From: a virus
DNA length: 39,945 nucleotides
Direction: 5' to 3' (one strand)
Virus record (IMG/VR): IMGVR_UViG_3300025015_000006
Part shown: positions 8,918-18,255 of the stretch, in pieces
How positions within the stretch are numbered: the stretch's first letter is position 1
Layout: each line of letters starts with the position of its first letter
Notes under the pieces: generated by a model
Told to the model about the DNA's origin: nothing
Database searches by the model: none
The model's input: only the letters and a program-made list of their open reading frames with translations
Position numbers and translations under genes: made by a program

Positions 8918-9304
8918 ATGCCAGTTTTTAATCCAGGAGTATTATATTCAGATTCAAGGTTTAAAGTAACAGTACATACTTATGATGTTGCAACAGCATC
9001 AGGTAATCAAACCTTAACTGGAGCGGGTTTTACTCCAAAAGCAGCTGTTATATTTGCTAATATTTCCGCTACCGTAACGCATTCAATTGGATTAACTAAT
9101 GGAACAACTCATTCAGTTGTACTTGGTAATGGTGCAGCTGGTAATTTCAATAGTACAGATGGTTCAGATATTTGTTTACAACCAGCGTCAGGTAACTATG
9201 CACTTGGTGCATTAACATTTAATTCAGACGGTGGAGTTATAGCGTGGACTAAACAAGCTTCTCCAACAGGAACAGCCAACATATATGTTATGTGGTTTAG
9301 ATAA
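8918..9304 (+). CDS. Hypothetical structural protein
   Basis: 128-aa ORF starting 2 nt after the previous stop, within the fibre/tailspike cluster. Confidence 0.55.
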   Translation: MPVFNPGVLYSDSRFKVTVHTYDVATASGNQTLTGAGFTPKAAVIFANISATVTHSIGLTNGTTHSVVLGNGAAGNFNSTDGSDICLQPASGNYALGALTFNSDGGVIAWTKQASPTGTANIYVMWFR

Positions 9305-9325
9305 TGTTAATTTATTAAAAATAAT

Positions 9326-10921
9326 ATGTTATGGACACCTGGAAATAATTCAAATTCTCAAACATTAACTGATGATGACGACATCTATCCTTCTCATGTA
9401 AACGAACTTCGTACAGCGGCAGATATAATTGCCACTGCTAATCCTGCCTCTTTTACTCTTATTAAAAGCGGTTCAAATTACATAGCCTATGATGATACAG
9501 GGACAGCGGTTTCAACCAGTACCGATTTTGCCGTACCACTACAATATGCAATAAATAATCTTCCAACAAGTGGTGGAAAAATAGTAATAAAAGGCGGGAG
9601 TACCTATACCTTTACTGTCGCTCATTATGCCGTAGGCGATACTGTTGCTCAAACAATGAAAATAGGCGCTGACCTTAATAACAATAATATCCATATTGTC
9701 ATTGAAAAAGGAGCAACAATCACGCAAGCCGCCTCTCTACAACTTCAAGTATTTTTTGCAGGAAATATTGCAGGGACTGGAAATGGGGAAGTAATAGATA
9801 ATACAACGATTGAGTGCTATGGATGGATTGATGGAAATTACGCCAATCAAGGTTATTCAGCATCAGGTACAGAATTTCAAGCCTGCCCGATTGCGATGTA
9901 TTCTACAAATGGTTACTTTCCTTATTTACAGGCTAAAAACTTTGGTCAATATAGTGCTTTAGTTTTATATTATGGACCAAATAATAGAATTGGATACATT
10001 AATGCTAAAGACTCCTATACGGCATTAGGTGGAGCTGGATGTTTAGATTTAGAGCGCAATAGCCACGCAACGGTTGGAGTGCTTAACGGAAATTCTTTAG
10101 CTGGTTCGGTTATGACAATTCAGGATGGGGGAGACCATATAAATATAGGAGTAATCAACGCAAAAGACTGTATGTATTCATTACAGTTGGAGACAGCCTC
10201 TTCCTTAGCTTTAACCGATATTCAAGTAGGAGAAGTTAATAGTGATGGATATAAAACAGGTGTTTCATATAAACCGCAAATACGAATTTCTGTGTCTGCT
10301 TCATTTGGCGCAAGTCAGAATATTCAAATAGGAAAAGTAAATATTAAAAATAGTGCTGTTGACGGAATGTATATAGGATTTAGCGGAGATGCCAGTGGTT
10401 CACTTAATCGGGTTCATATTAATAGTGTAATTATTAGAAATAGTGTACAAGTTGCAGATCAAGGTGGTAATGGAGCTATGACAATAGGACTTTGTGATAG
10501 CGTAAGTATTGATAATTTTATTGCTTATGACGACCAAGTCGTAAAAACACAGGCTTGGGGCATAAAATTTGTAACTGGCGTGACTAATTTTCTTTGTTCA
10601 GGGGGAAATGTTACTGGTAATACTGGGGCTATAACTGGATTTACTACCTCAATGGGTAAAATCAAAAATTTAATTGGTTTTGTTACCGAAAATTCAGGAA
10701 CAGGAACTATTGCAAGTGGAGCAACTTCGGCAATTATCACTCATGGACTTGCGGTTACTCCAACACTTGATAATATAAGTATTGTGGGTGGAGAAAATCC
10801 AACAACTGATATAGGAACGATTTGGGTTGATACAATAGGAGCAACATACTTTACTGTTAATTGTGAAGTTGCTCCATCAACATCTAATTTTGACTTTGGG
10901 TGGAGAGCCCAAATATTATAA
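9326..10921 (+). CDS. Tailspike / depolymerase-like beta-helix protein
   Basis: 531 aa. N-terminal YPSHVNELRTAADII is a common fibre N-terminal motif. It is followed by LQYAINNLPTSGGKIVIKGGSTYTF and repetitive beta-helix-like turns. Confidence 0.6.
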   Translation: MLWTPGNNSNSQTLTDDDDIYPSHVNELRTAADIIATANPASFTLIKSGSNYIAYDDTGTAVSTSTDFAVPLQYAINNLPTSGGKIVIKGGSTYTFTVAHYAVGDTVAQTMKIGADLNNNNIHIVIEKGATITQAASLQLQVFFAGNIAGTGNGEVIDNTTIECYGWIDGNYANQGYSASGTEFQACPIAMYSTNGYFPYLQAKNFGQYSALVLYYGPNNRIGYINAKDSYTALGGAGCLDLERNSHATVGVLNGNSLAGSVMTIQDGGDHINIGVINAKDCMYSLQLETASSLALTDIQVGEVNSDGYKTGVSYKPQIRISVSASFGASQNIQIGKVNIKNSAVDGMYIGFSGDASGSLNRVHINSVIIRNSVQVADQGGNGAMTIGLCDSVSIDNFIAYDDQVVKTQAWGIKFVTGVTNFLCSGGNVTGNTGAITGFTTSMGKIKNLIGFVTENSGTGTIASGATSAIITHGLAVTPTLDNISIVGGENPTTDIGTIWVDTIGATYFTVNCEVAPSTSNFDFGWRAQIL

Positions 10922-10923
10922 TT

Positions 10924-10951
10924 TTGAATTTAAATAAAAATCTGCTATGAT
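10924..10951 (+). promoter_or_regulatory. Sigma70-like promoter candidate; would give a leaderless glycosyltransferase mRNA
   Basis: TTGAAT, 16 nt (containing AAAAATCTGC), TATGAT. The ATG at 10958 lies 7 nt after the -10 element. Confidence 0.45.
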
Positions 10952-10957
10952 GAATTA

Positions 10958-13408
10958 ATGGGTAAATATCTCATTTGGACTCCTGATTACCGTAATAACT
11001 CTGGTGGAATACGGGCTCTTCATAGACTTTGTCACTTACTTAACAGACGGGGACAAGAGGCTTATGTTTCAAATCCAATTGTAAATAAAGATTGGAATAC
11101 TCTCTACCTTGACCCAAAAAATATAACTGATGATTTTATAGCGGTTTATCCTGAAATAGTCTGGGGAAATCCTTTTGGGGCAAAGAAGGTAGTTAGGTAT
11201 GTTCTAAACACTCCTGGACTTTTAGGTGGGGCAAAAAGTTACAGCGAAACTGTCTTTACTTGGAATAAGATATCCTATGATGCTCCACTATTAAAGATTG
11301 ATGTGATAGAAAATTTCTTTAATAATTCATCAACAGCAGAAAGAACCAAGAATTGTTTTTGGGTGGGAAAGGGAAAAGATATTCCACGAGTTAAAGAAAC
11401 TAAAGACTTAACGGAGATTACTTTAGACTATCCTAAAACAAGAGAGGAATTGTCTTCTCTTCTTAAAAGTACTAAAGTCTTTTACTCTTATGACGGGTAT
11501 TCTGGCCTTCCTGAAGAAGCCTATCGCTGCGGGTGTGAGGTAAAGATTATAACGGAAAAAGGAATTGAGGAATATAATCGGGAATGGTACACCAAAGACT
11601 TAGATTTTGATAAACAGTTGGATAATTTCATAGAAGTTACCCAGAAAATAGAGAAGAAAGATTTTGTTACGATTATCATCGTTACCTACAATTCGCAGGA
11701 GGTCTTGGATAAATGTTTTGAAGGGTTATCTAAGGCAGGTTATCAGTATAAAATTATTGTAATTGACAATAACTCAAACGATAAAACTTACCTTAATAAA
11801 CAAGGAGTAGATTACATCATAAACGACAGGAATTACAATTTTACCCATGCGGTTAATCAAGGGTTAAAACTGGCTCAAGGTAATGTTCTACTTCTGAACC
11901 CAGACTGCATGGGTAATCTCCAAGACGGGTGGTTGAAACAAATGGTTGATGATTTGGATGGAGTAGCAGGTGCAATACTTAAATTCCCAGACGGTAAAAT
12001 CCAACATGCAGGAGCTTTTGGATTTGGAGCACATACTGGAATGGGTGAAGAGGACAAAGGACAGTACGATAAAGTAAGAGAGGTAGAATGGGTTACAGGA
12101 GCTTGTATGCTGATAAAAAAAGAAGTGATTGATAAAGTTGGACTATGGGATGAAATTAAGTTTCCCCACTACGAATCCGACAGGGAATGGTGTAAAAAGG
12201 TAAAAGAGGCGGGATATAAAATTGTCTGTTCTACAGCAAAACTTACTCACTTAGAAGGCAAAAGTTCAAAGGGATTAAATGTATCTGGGAAAAAGTTACG
12301 GATACTTTGGCACTCCAATTCTGCTTGGACTCCAACAGGTTATGGAAATCAGACAGCTCTTGTTACTCAGGGACTGCAAAAAACAGGTTATCCTATGGCA
12401 ATTTCATCTTACTACGGACTTCAGGGTGGAATACTTAATATGGGGGGGATTATCTGTTATCCCATAATAGCCAGTACTTGGGGAGAAGATAGTATAGTTT
12501 CTCACAGTCAGGATTTTAAGGCAGATATTGTGATTACCCTGATGGATATTTGGCCGATGAATACTTCTCTTTTTGCCAACAAAGTTAAGTGGATAAGTTG
12601 GTGTCCAGTTGACCATGAAGAAGTTCCACCTCCAGTTTTAGTTAGGGCAAGAGAAGCCTACAAGGTTATTGCTTATTCTAAACATGGGCAGAGGGCTTTT
12701 AAAAGAGCAGGAATTGATGCCTTATATATTCCCCATTGTATAGATACTAAAATTTTTAATCCAAGAGATAAGAAAGAAAGCCGTAAGATATTTAATATTC
12801 CAGAAGACTCTTATTGTGTAGGAATGGTAGCTCAGAATAAAAGTCTACCTTCAAGAAAATCATTTCAGCAGTCTCTTGAGGCGTTTGCTAATTTTGCCAA
12901 AGATAAACCTAATGCAAGACTCTATCTTCATACAGCGGTAGGAACTGAACAAGGGGGAATGAACTTAATTGAATATTGTATTCACTTGGGGATAGCCGAT
13001 AAACTTATCCATACGGCATATTATAATTATCTCTTTAAATTTTCCTCAGAGGACTTGGCTAAACTTTATTCGTCTTTTGATGTCTTACTTAATCCTGCTA
13101 TGGGTGAAGGTTTTGGAATTCCCGTAATTGAAAGTCAAGCGTGTGGTACGCCAGTAATTGTTGGTAACTGGACTTCAATGCCCGAACTTCTCGGCTCAGG
13201 TATAGCGGTTGAGTCAAGTGAGAAGTGGTGGACACCTTTAGCCTCTTACCAATATCACCCAAAAATGGAAAGTATTTTAGAAGCGTTAGAAAAAATCTAT
13301 AAAGGAGATAAAGAGGAGTATAAAAGAAAAGCAGTTGAATTTACAAAAGCCTACGATGTTGATAAAATCATTAAAGACTACTGGGTTCCGTACCTGGAAA
13401 GTCTTTAA
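10958..13408 (+). CDS. Multi-domain glycosyltransferase: unknown N-terminal domain, then GT2-like, then GT4/GT1-like
   Basis: 816 aa. GT2 signature FVTIIIVTYNSQEVLDKC...IIVIDNNSNDKT...GACMLIKKEVIDKVGLWDE. GT4 signature LLNPAMGEGFGIPVIESQACGTPVIV (EX7E). Confidence 0.8.
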   Translation: MGKYLIWTPDYRNNSGGIRALHRLCHLLNRRGQEAYVSNPIVNKDWNTLYLDPKNITDDFIAVYPEIVWGNPFGAKKVVRYVLNTPGLLGGAKSYSETVFTWNKISYDAPLLKIDVIENFFNNSSTAERTKNCFWVGKGKDIPRVKETKDLTEITLDYPKTREELSSLLKSTKVFYSYDGYSGLPEEAYRCGCEVKIITEKGIEEYNREWYTKDLDFDKQLDNFIEVTQKIEKKDFVTIIIVTYNSQEVLDKCFEGLSKAGYQYKIIVIDNNSNDKTYLNKQGVDYIINDRNYNFTHAVNQGLKLAQGNVLLLNPDCMGNLQDGWLKQMVDDLDGVAGAILKFPDGKIQHAGAFGFGAHTGMGEEDKGQYDKVREVEWVTGACMLIKKEVIDKVGLWDEIKFPHYESDREWCKKVKEAGYKIVCSTAKLTHLEGKSSKGLNVSGKKLRILWHSNSAWTPTGYGNQTALVTQGLQKTGYPMAISSYYGLQGGILNMGGIICYPIIASTWGEDSIVSHSQDFKADIVITLMDIWPMNTSLFANKVKWISWCPVDHEEVPPPVLVRAREAYKVIAYSKHGQRAFKRAGIDALYIPHCIDTKIFNPRDKKESRKIFNIPEDSYCVGMVAQNKSLPSRKSFQQSLEAFANFAKDKPNARLYLHTAVGTEQGGMNLIEYCIHLGIADKLIHTAYYNYLFKFSSEDLAKLYSSFDVLLNPAMGEGFGIPVIESQACGTPVIVGNWTSMPELLGSGIAVESSEKWWTPLASYQYHPKMESILEALEKIYKGDKEEYKRKAVEFTKAYDVDKIIKDYWVPYLESL

Positions 13409-13410
13409 TT

Positions 13411-13659
13411 ATGTCAAATCAAACAGCTTTTACTCAAGATACTACAAATCAAACTACATTCTCTCAGGGAGACCGTTGGGGACGATATAAATATGGAGGA
13501 CTTAGAGGATTAAGACTTAAATATGGAGGCAGGGTTACTGGAGCCAGATATAAGTATGGAGGGAGAAATCCCAAAGACTCTCACGCTACTTTTACTGGGC
13601 AAACCATTAACCAATCAAGTTATACTGGGGTAACTGCCCCCCAGACAAGTTGGACATAA
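13411..13659 (+). CDS. Small repeat protein (YKYGG x3; NQT/NQS sequons)
   Basis: 82 aa. Contains GRYKYGGLRG, LRLKYGGRVTG and ARYKYGGRNPK. SNQTAF and TNQTTF lie at the N-terminus and INQSSY near the C-terminus. Confidence 0.55.
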   Translation: MSNQTAFTQDTTNQTTFSQGDRWGRYKYGGLRGLRLKYGGRVTGARYKYGGRNPKDSHATFTGQTINQSSYTGVTAPQTSWT

Positions 13660-13662
13660 AAA

Positions 13663-14556
13663 ATGTTAAGCTGGCAAACTTTGAATACAATTTATCAGGA
13701 TGAGACGCAGGATACAGCAACTGCCAATGTGACAAGAGGTGGACGTTATATTAACATGGTTCATAGGAATATTCTTTCCTATTGGAATTGGCCTTTTATG
13801 GAAACTTCGGGAACTTGTTCAACTGTGGCATCTCAACAGGCATATACTTTTCCTTACAATATAAAGAGAGTTAAGTCGGTTTCAGTAACGGTTTCTGATA
13901 TTGTCTATTCTCTTAAGGAAATTTCTGATTGGGATTACTGGACTAAGTTAAATCAGTATGGTTCAGATTATACTTCAAACATAGCGGAATTCTACTTTGT
14001 AAATGATGAAACAGAAATTCAAATCTTTCCCATTCCCTCTACAGCTGGAAAAACCGTTACGATAGTTTACGAAAAATCCGTTAGGGATTTATCAGTTGAT
14101 GACTATACAACGGGAACCGCCTCTATCACTATTACTACAAGTAAATATGCTATAACTGGAGGGAGTACAACTTGGACTGCGGCTATGGTTGGACGATACT
14201 TCAAGTTTGATACTGATGACTGGTGGTACGAAATTACATCCCGTACAAGTAATACAGTTATTACTCTAAAAAGAGCCTTTGGTGGAGCAAGTGTATCGGG
14301 AGATACTTATGTAATAGGGGAAATGCCCTCGCTTCCAGAGGATTTTCATGACCTTATTTGGTTAGGGGCAGTTGGACGATATTGGACTTTGAAGAGGGAA
14401 GATAACCATGCTGCTTTCTATCTTAGACAATTCAAAGATGGTATGGAAAAAATGAAGCAGAGATATGGTTATAAATCTACGGGGCAATATATCTCAAGCT
14501 ATAGATTGATAGGTGTAACAGACCCAAATAATCCACCACCCGTAGCAACTCAATAA
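13663..14556 (+). CDS. Virion structural protein (possible head-tail adaptor)
   Basis: 297-aa ORF in the structural block. The functional guess rests on position only. Confidence 0.35.
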   Translation: MLSWQTLNTIYQDETQDTATANVTRGGRYINMVHRNILSYWNWPFMETSGTCSTVASQQAYTFPYNIKRVKSVSVTVSDIVYSLKEISDWDYWTKLNQYGSDYTSNIAEFYFVNDETEIQIFPIPSTAGKTVTIVYEKSVRDLSVDDYTTGTASITITTSKYAITGGSTTWTAAMVGRYFKFDTDDWWYEITSRTSNTVITLKRAFGGASVSGDTYVIGEMPSLPEDFHDLIWLGAVGRYWTLKREDNHAAFYLRQFKDGMEKMKQRYGYKSTGQYISSYRLIGVTDPNNPPPVATQ

Positions 14557-14569
14557 GGAGGAAAATAAT

Positions 14570-16003
14570 ATAGCACAAAAATATTTTCTTGTAGACCGTT
14601 TCCATTCGGGACTGGCTGACGGAAGTAAGGTAGGAATACCTGGCTCTTTCTACAATGGAGTTTCTTTGGATTACCGCAGCGACCCTGATGTCTTAAAAAC
14701 TAACTATGCTGCCACTAAAAATTCAGGGACAATAGATACCGACCTTATTACCTGGATTTCACCTGTAAACTCTGATGTCTACTTTTATGGGAATACGGGA
14801 AAATTCTACAAGAAAACTGGAGGAACTGGAACATTCTCACTTGTAGGAACAGTCTCTACTTCCCAAGGTCAGGGAATGGAGTTTTTTAATGATTATGTAT
14901 ATCTTGGAGGAAGTGCTGCTGTTTCACGTTACGGCCCAATTTCAGGAACTCCATCATTAACTACCCCTTATGGGACTATTACAAGCGTAGGATATGAAAC
15001 ATGGCTTCCAATGACAAATTTCATAAACTACATCTGTATTGGAAATGGGCGTTATCTCTCAACCTATGATGGGACAACCTATACTTATAATTCTCTTACC
15101 CTCCCGCCTGGTTATCACATCAGATGCCTTACGGCGATAACTGGTAAGTTTCTGGCGATAGGTACTTATCAAGGAGATAGTATCAACGCTGTAGGAAATT
15201 CTAAAATCTTCCTGTGGGACGGGACTGCAACGACTTATAACGATATAATAGAAATCAACGAGGGCGGAGTTAATGCGATGCTCTTTCACCAGAACAACCT
15301 CTATATTTGGGCGGGGATTCACGGCAACATGTATGCCTGGAATGGGAACCTAGTTAAATTAAAACGTATCCCATTTGTCGGAGTGGGAAAGTATATTGAA
15401 GTTTATCCTGGGGCAGTAACAGTCCAAAATGGTATTCCTTACTTTGCCGTTTCAAATGGGGATTCAACTACAGTTTACAGGGGCGTCTACTCTTACGGAC
15501 AGATAAACAAGAACTATTCAAACAGTCTTAATTTTGACTACCCGATTTCAGGAACTACTAATCAGGGAACAGCGGTTATAATCGGGGCAGTTAAGGGAGT
15601 CAGTCCTTCCCAATTTTACATAGGGTGGCAGAATGGGGCGGGAACTGTGGGAGTAGACCAAATCTCAACGTCTCTTTATTATACTTCTTCCCGTTTTGAG
15701 TCTATGGTTTTTGATGACAAACAACCTTATAAAGGAAAATACGCAAAAATAGTCAAGGCTTCTTTCAGGCCTTTGGCGACAGGTGAGTCTGTAGCGGTAG
15801 AGTATAAACTTGATAATGCCTCAAGTTGGACGGCTCTTGGGACTGCCTCCTACACAACTGACGGGGCAATAACCGAGAAGAGATTTACCGTAGACTGGAG
15901 GGCAAAAGAATTTCAATTGGCCCTTGCCAATGTGGGAAACGGAACGACAGCACCACAGATTACCAGTTTAGGAATGTTAATAGATACTGAGGAATTTTTA
16001 TAA
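14570..16003 (+). CDS. Tail/virion protein, probably initiated at a non-canonical ATA (the ORF track starts at TTG 14666)
   Basis: A perfect SD AAGGAGG (14555-14561) lies 8 nt before ATA 14570. The frame is open from there and in frame with the 14666 ORF. The extra 32 codons read like real protein (AQKYFLVDRFHSGLADGSKVGIPGSFYNGVS). Confidence 0.5.
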   Translation: MAQKYFLVDRFHSGLADGSKVGIPGSFYNGVSLDYRSDPDVLKTNYAATKNSGTIDTDLITWISPVNSDVYFYGNTGKFYKKTGGTGTFSLVGTVSTSQGQGMEFFNDYVYLGGSAAVSRYGPISGTPSLTTPYGTITSVGYETWLPMTNFINYICIGNGRYLSTYDGTTYTYNSLTLPPGYHIRCLTAITGKFLAIGTYQGDSINAVGNSKIFLWDGTATTYNDIIEINEGGVNAMLFHQNNLYIWAGIHGNMYAWNGNLVKLKRIPFVGVGKYIEVYPGAVTVQNGIPYFAVSNGDSTTVYRGVYSYGQINKNYSNSLNFDYPISGTTNQGTAVIIGAVKGVSPSQFYIGWQNGAGTVGVDQISTSLYYTSSRFESMVFDDKQPYKGKYAKIVKASFRPLATGESVAVEYKLDNASSWTALGTASYTTDGAITEKRFTVDWRAKEFQLALANVGNGTTAPQITSLGMLIDTEEFL

Positions 16004-16671
16004 TGGACGACAATATTAAAACTCCATCACTTGAGGCTAAAGATGAATTTACCATTATAGATGGCAAGGAAGTCAAGGTGGTTAGAACCCCAGAGATGAA
16101 AGATGAACCCGAACCGACCATTCATCATCATAATAATTTAGACCAACCCGCTATAGATTTAACCCGTGAGGTCACAGGAACAGTTTTACATAATGATTTG
16201 GGTGGAGTAACGTCAGACCAGCATCACACTAAACTTCATGCCGCCTCCCATACTTCAGGAGGGGCAGATGACCTTACAGGAATAACGCTTACAAATATGG
16301 TATATAACGGAGGAACGGCAACCAGTATGAAGTTAGTTACCCCAACAATAGGAACGATGGCTTCAACTGGTGGTACGGCAAATACTCTTACACTTGGAAC
16401 TCCTACCATTACGGGTGGGACATATAGCTTAGGTACTTTTGGAACTCCAACAATAATAGGCGGAACTGCGACCAGTCTTAATTTAGTAACTCCGACTATT
16501 GGTACGCCATCTTTAACAGGGGGTACGGTTAATCCAATAGCATATTCAGTAGGTGGAACAGTAGGAGTTGACGGAACTGTTGTTTATATTAAAACAGTTG
16601 ATTTTGGTGGAACAACAACTACTTCAGGAACTATTGTTTTTACAAAAGGTATAGCAACCAACGTCAGTTGA
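16003..16671 (+). CDS. Tail fibre protein
   Basis: 222 aa. HNDLGGVTSDQHHTKLHAASHTSGGADDL is a common fibre motif. It is followed by repeats of the form (L)VTPTIG(T/G)..GGTA. Confidence 0.6.
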   Translation: MDDNIKTPSLEAKDEFTIIDGKEVKVVRTPEMKDEPEPTIHHHNNLDQPAIDLTREVTGTVLHNDLGGVTSDQHHTKLHAASHTSGGADDLTGITLTNMVYNGGTATSMKLVTPTIGTMASTGGTANTLTLGTPTITGGTYSLGTFGTPTIIGGTATSLNLVTPTIGTPSLTGGTVNPIAYSVGGTVGVDGTVVYIKTVDFGGTTTTSGTIVFTKGIATNVS

Positions 16672-16702
16672 TTTGATTATTTAGATAATAGTAATTATTA
16701 TT
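16669..16702 (+). promoter_or_regulatory. Candidate promoter P4 (AGTTGATT motif)
   Basis: AGTTGATT includes the stop TGA of the fibre gene. TATTAT lies 22 nt downstream. Confidence 0.35.
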
Positions 16703-16728
16703 GGTTCTATTAACATTTCATTATATTT

Positions 16729-18246
16729 ATGTGGAACGCCATAGTTAGAAAAGTACAGTCATTTTTTCAACCTCAACAATCAGAAGCCTCTAAATTGATA
16801 TCTCGTGTAAAACCACCGACAGCTCAACAGCAACAACAATTGTCCCAAATTGATAAATTTATTGGAGAAGGCCCAGTTAAAGATTCTTCAGCACAATTAA
16901 AAACTTCGGCAACCATTGGTGGAACTTCAGGTGGTGGCGGAGGACAACAACCAGCACCGACAGGTGGTTCTGACGCAGATTTAACAAGAGGAAAAAATGT
17001 AGGTGATAAAATTACTATTAGCGGAAGAACTTATAAAATAGTTGACCCTTCAAGGGGAATTTATGAAGCTGAATGGGGAGACCCTTCTTGGAACGCATAT
17101 AAGGCCGAACAAGCAGCACAAGAAGCTCAAAGAAAAGCAACTACTCCAGCAGTAACTCCAGTTCCAACACCAGTTCCAACTCCAGCACAACCTCAGATAT
17201 TTAATATGGGAGCTCTACAGAGAAAATTACAAGAGACAGCCAGTTCAATAGGACAAGGACTTACTAAAGGTGTTGCTGATTTAGGAGCGGCTATTCAAAG
17301 ACGTGGAGAAGTTCAAGCTGGAGATAGGGGAAGTGCTACCAACTTACCAAAGACAGACTGGTTACAAAAAGGTTTAAATATTGCTGGAACATTTCTTCCA
17401 GGAGCTAAAGCTCTTGGAGATGTATATAGTAAGGTTCAAGCTCCAGTTGGAAGTTGGGGAACTAAAGAGATAGGATTAACCGAAAAGTTAAGTGATTTAC
17501 TTGGAAAACAAAGAACTGATAAAGGTGGTTCAAATATCTTTGGAGCTCCAACAACTAAACCTCCAATTAAACCTCCAATTAAAACTCCAGAATTACCTAC
17601 AACTCCTGAGGGTATATTTGCTGGTAGTGGAGGAGGAGCAGTTGGAGAACAAGGACAAATGTTTACAGGACTGCAAAATCAGGAAGTACGGGATATGATA
17701 CTTCAGGAGTTAATGGCTACTTCAAACCAAATAGCTAATATGCCTACAGAAGACCTTGATGCTGCATATACCAAGATGGCTGAAGAACTTGGAGTTACCA
17801 AACAACAGGCAGTTCTTAATGATTTGAATACCCAAGTATTATCTGTAACTGATGAGATTGAAGCCATTGATGGACAGGTAACAAGAGAGGCTGGAAATGT
17901 ATTGATGACTGAAGACCAGAGAAGAAGGCTGATTTCCGCAAGAGCTCAACCACTTAGAGAGCAACTTACAAAGCTAATGCGGTCTGCCCAATATGCAGGA
18001 GTAGGACTTGATAGTTTAATGAAGATGTTAAATGACAGAATGGCAGCTAAGAAAGATACTATTACAACTCAATTCCAAGCGGCCCAGATGGCTCAATCGG
18101 CAGAGGAACAAAGAAAGAACAGATTACTTGGGCTTCTTCCTTACGTTAAACCTACCGCACAGACTTTATCGTCTAATAAAGGATATGTTGGAAATCAAAT
18201 AACACCTGAAACTGGAGAACAAACTATTGCATCATTATTACAGTAA
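16729..18246 (+). CDS. Internal virion / ejection-type protein (putative)
   Basis: 505 aa with Pro/Thr linkers (TPAVTPVPTPVPTPAQPQ; KPPIKPPIKTPELPTTPE), a Gly run and a coiled-coil C-terminus. Confidence 0.4.
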   Translation: MWNAIVRKVQSFFQPQQSEASKLISRVKPPTAQQQQQLSQIDKFIGEGPVKDSSAQLKTSATIGGTSGGGGGQQPAPTGGSDADLTRGKNVGDKITISGRTYKIVDPSRGIYEAEWGDPSWNAYKAEQAAQEAQRKATTPAVTPVPTPVPTPAQPQIFNMGALQRKLQETASSIGQGLTKGVADLGAAIQRRGEVQAGDRGSATNLPKTDWLQKGLNIAGTFLPGAKALGDVYSKVQAPVGSWGTKEIGLTEKLSDLLGKQRTDKGGSNIFGAPTTKPPIKPPIKTPELPTTPEGIFAGSGGGAVGEQGQMFTGLQNQEVRDMILQELMATSNQIANMPTEDLDAAYTKMAEELGVTKQQAVLNDLNTQVLSVTDEIEAIDGQVTREAGNVLMTEDQRRRLISARAQPLREQLTKLMRSAQYAGVGLDSLMKMLNDRMAAKKDTITTQFQAAQMAQSAEEQRKNRLLGLLPYVKPTAQTLSSNKGYVGNQITPETGEQTIASLLQ

Positions 18247-18255
18247 AAACTATGT

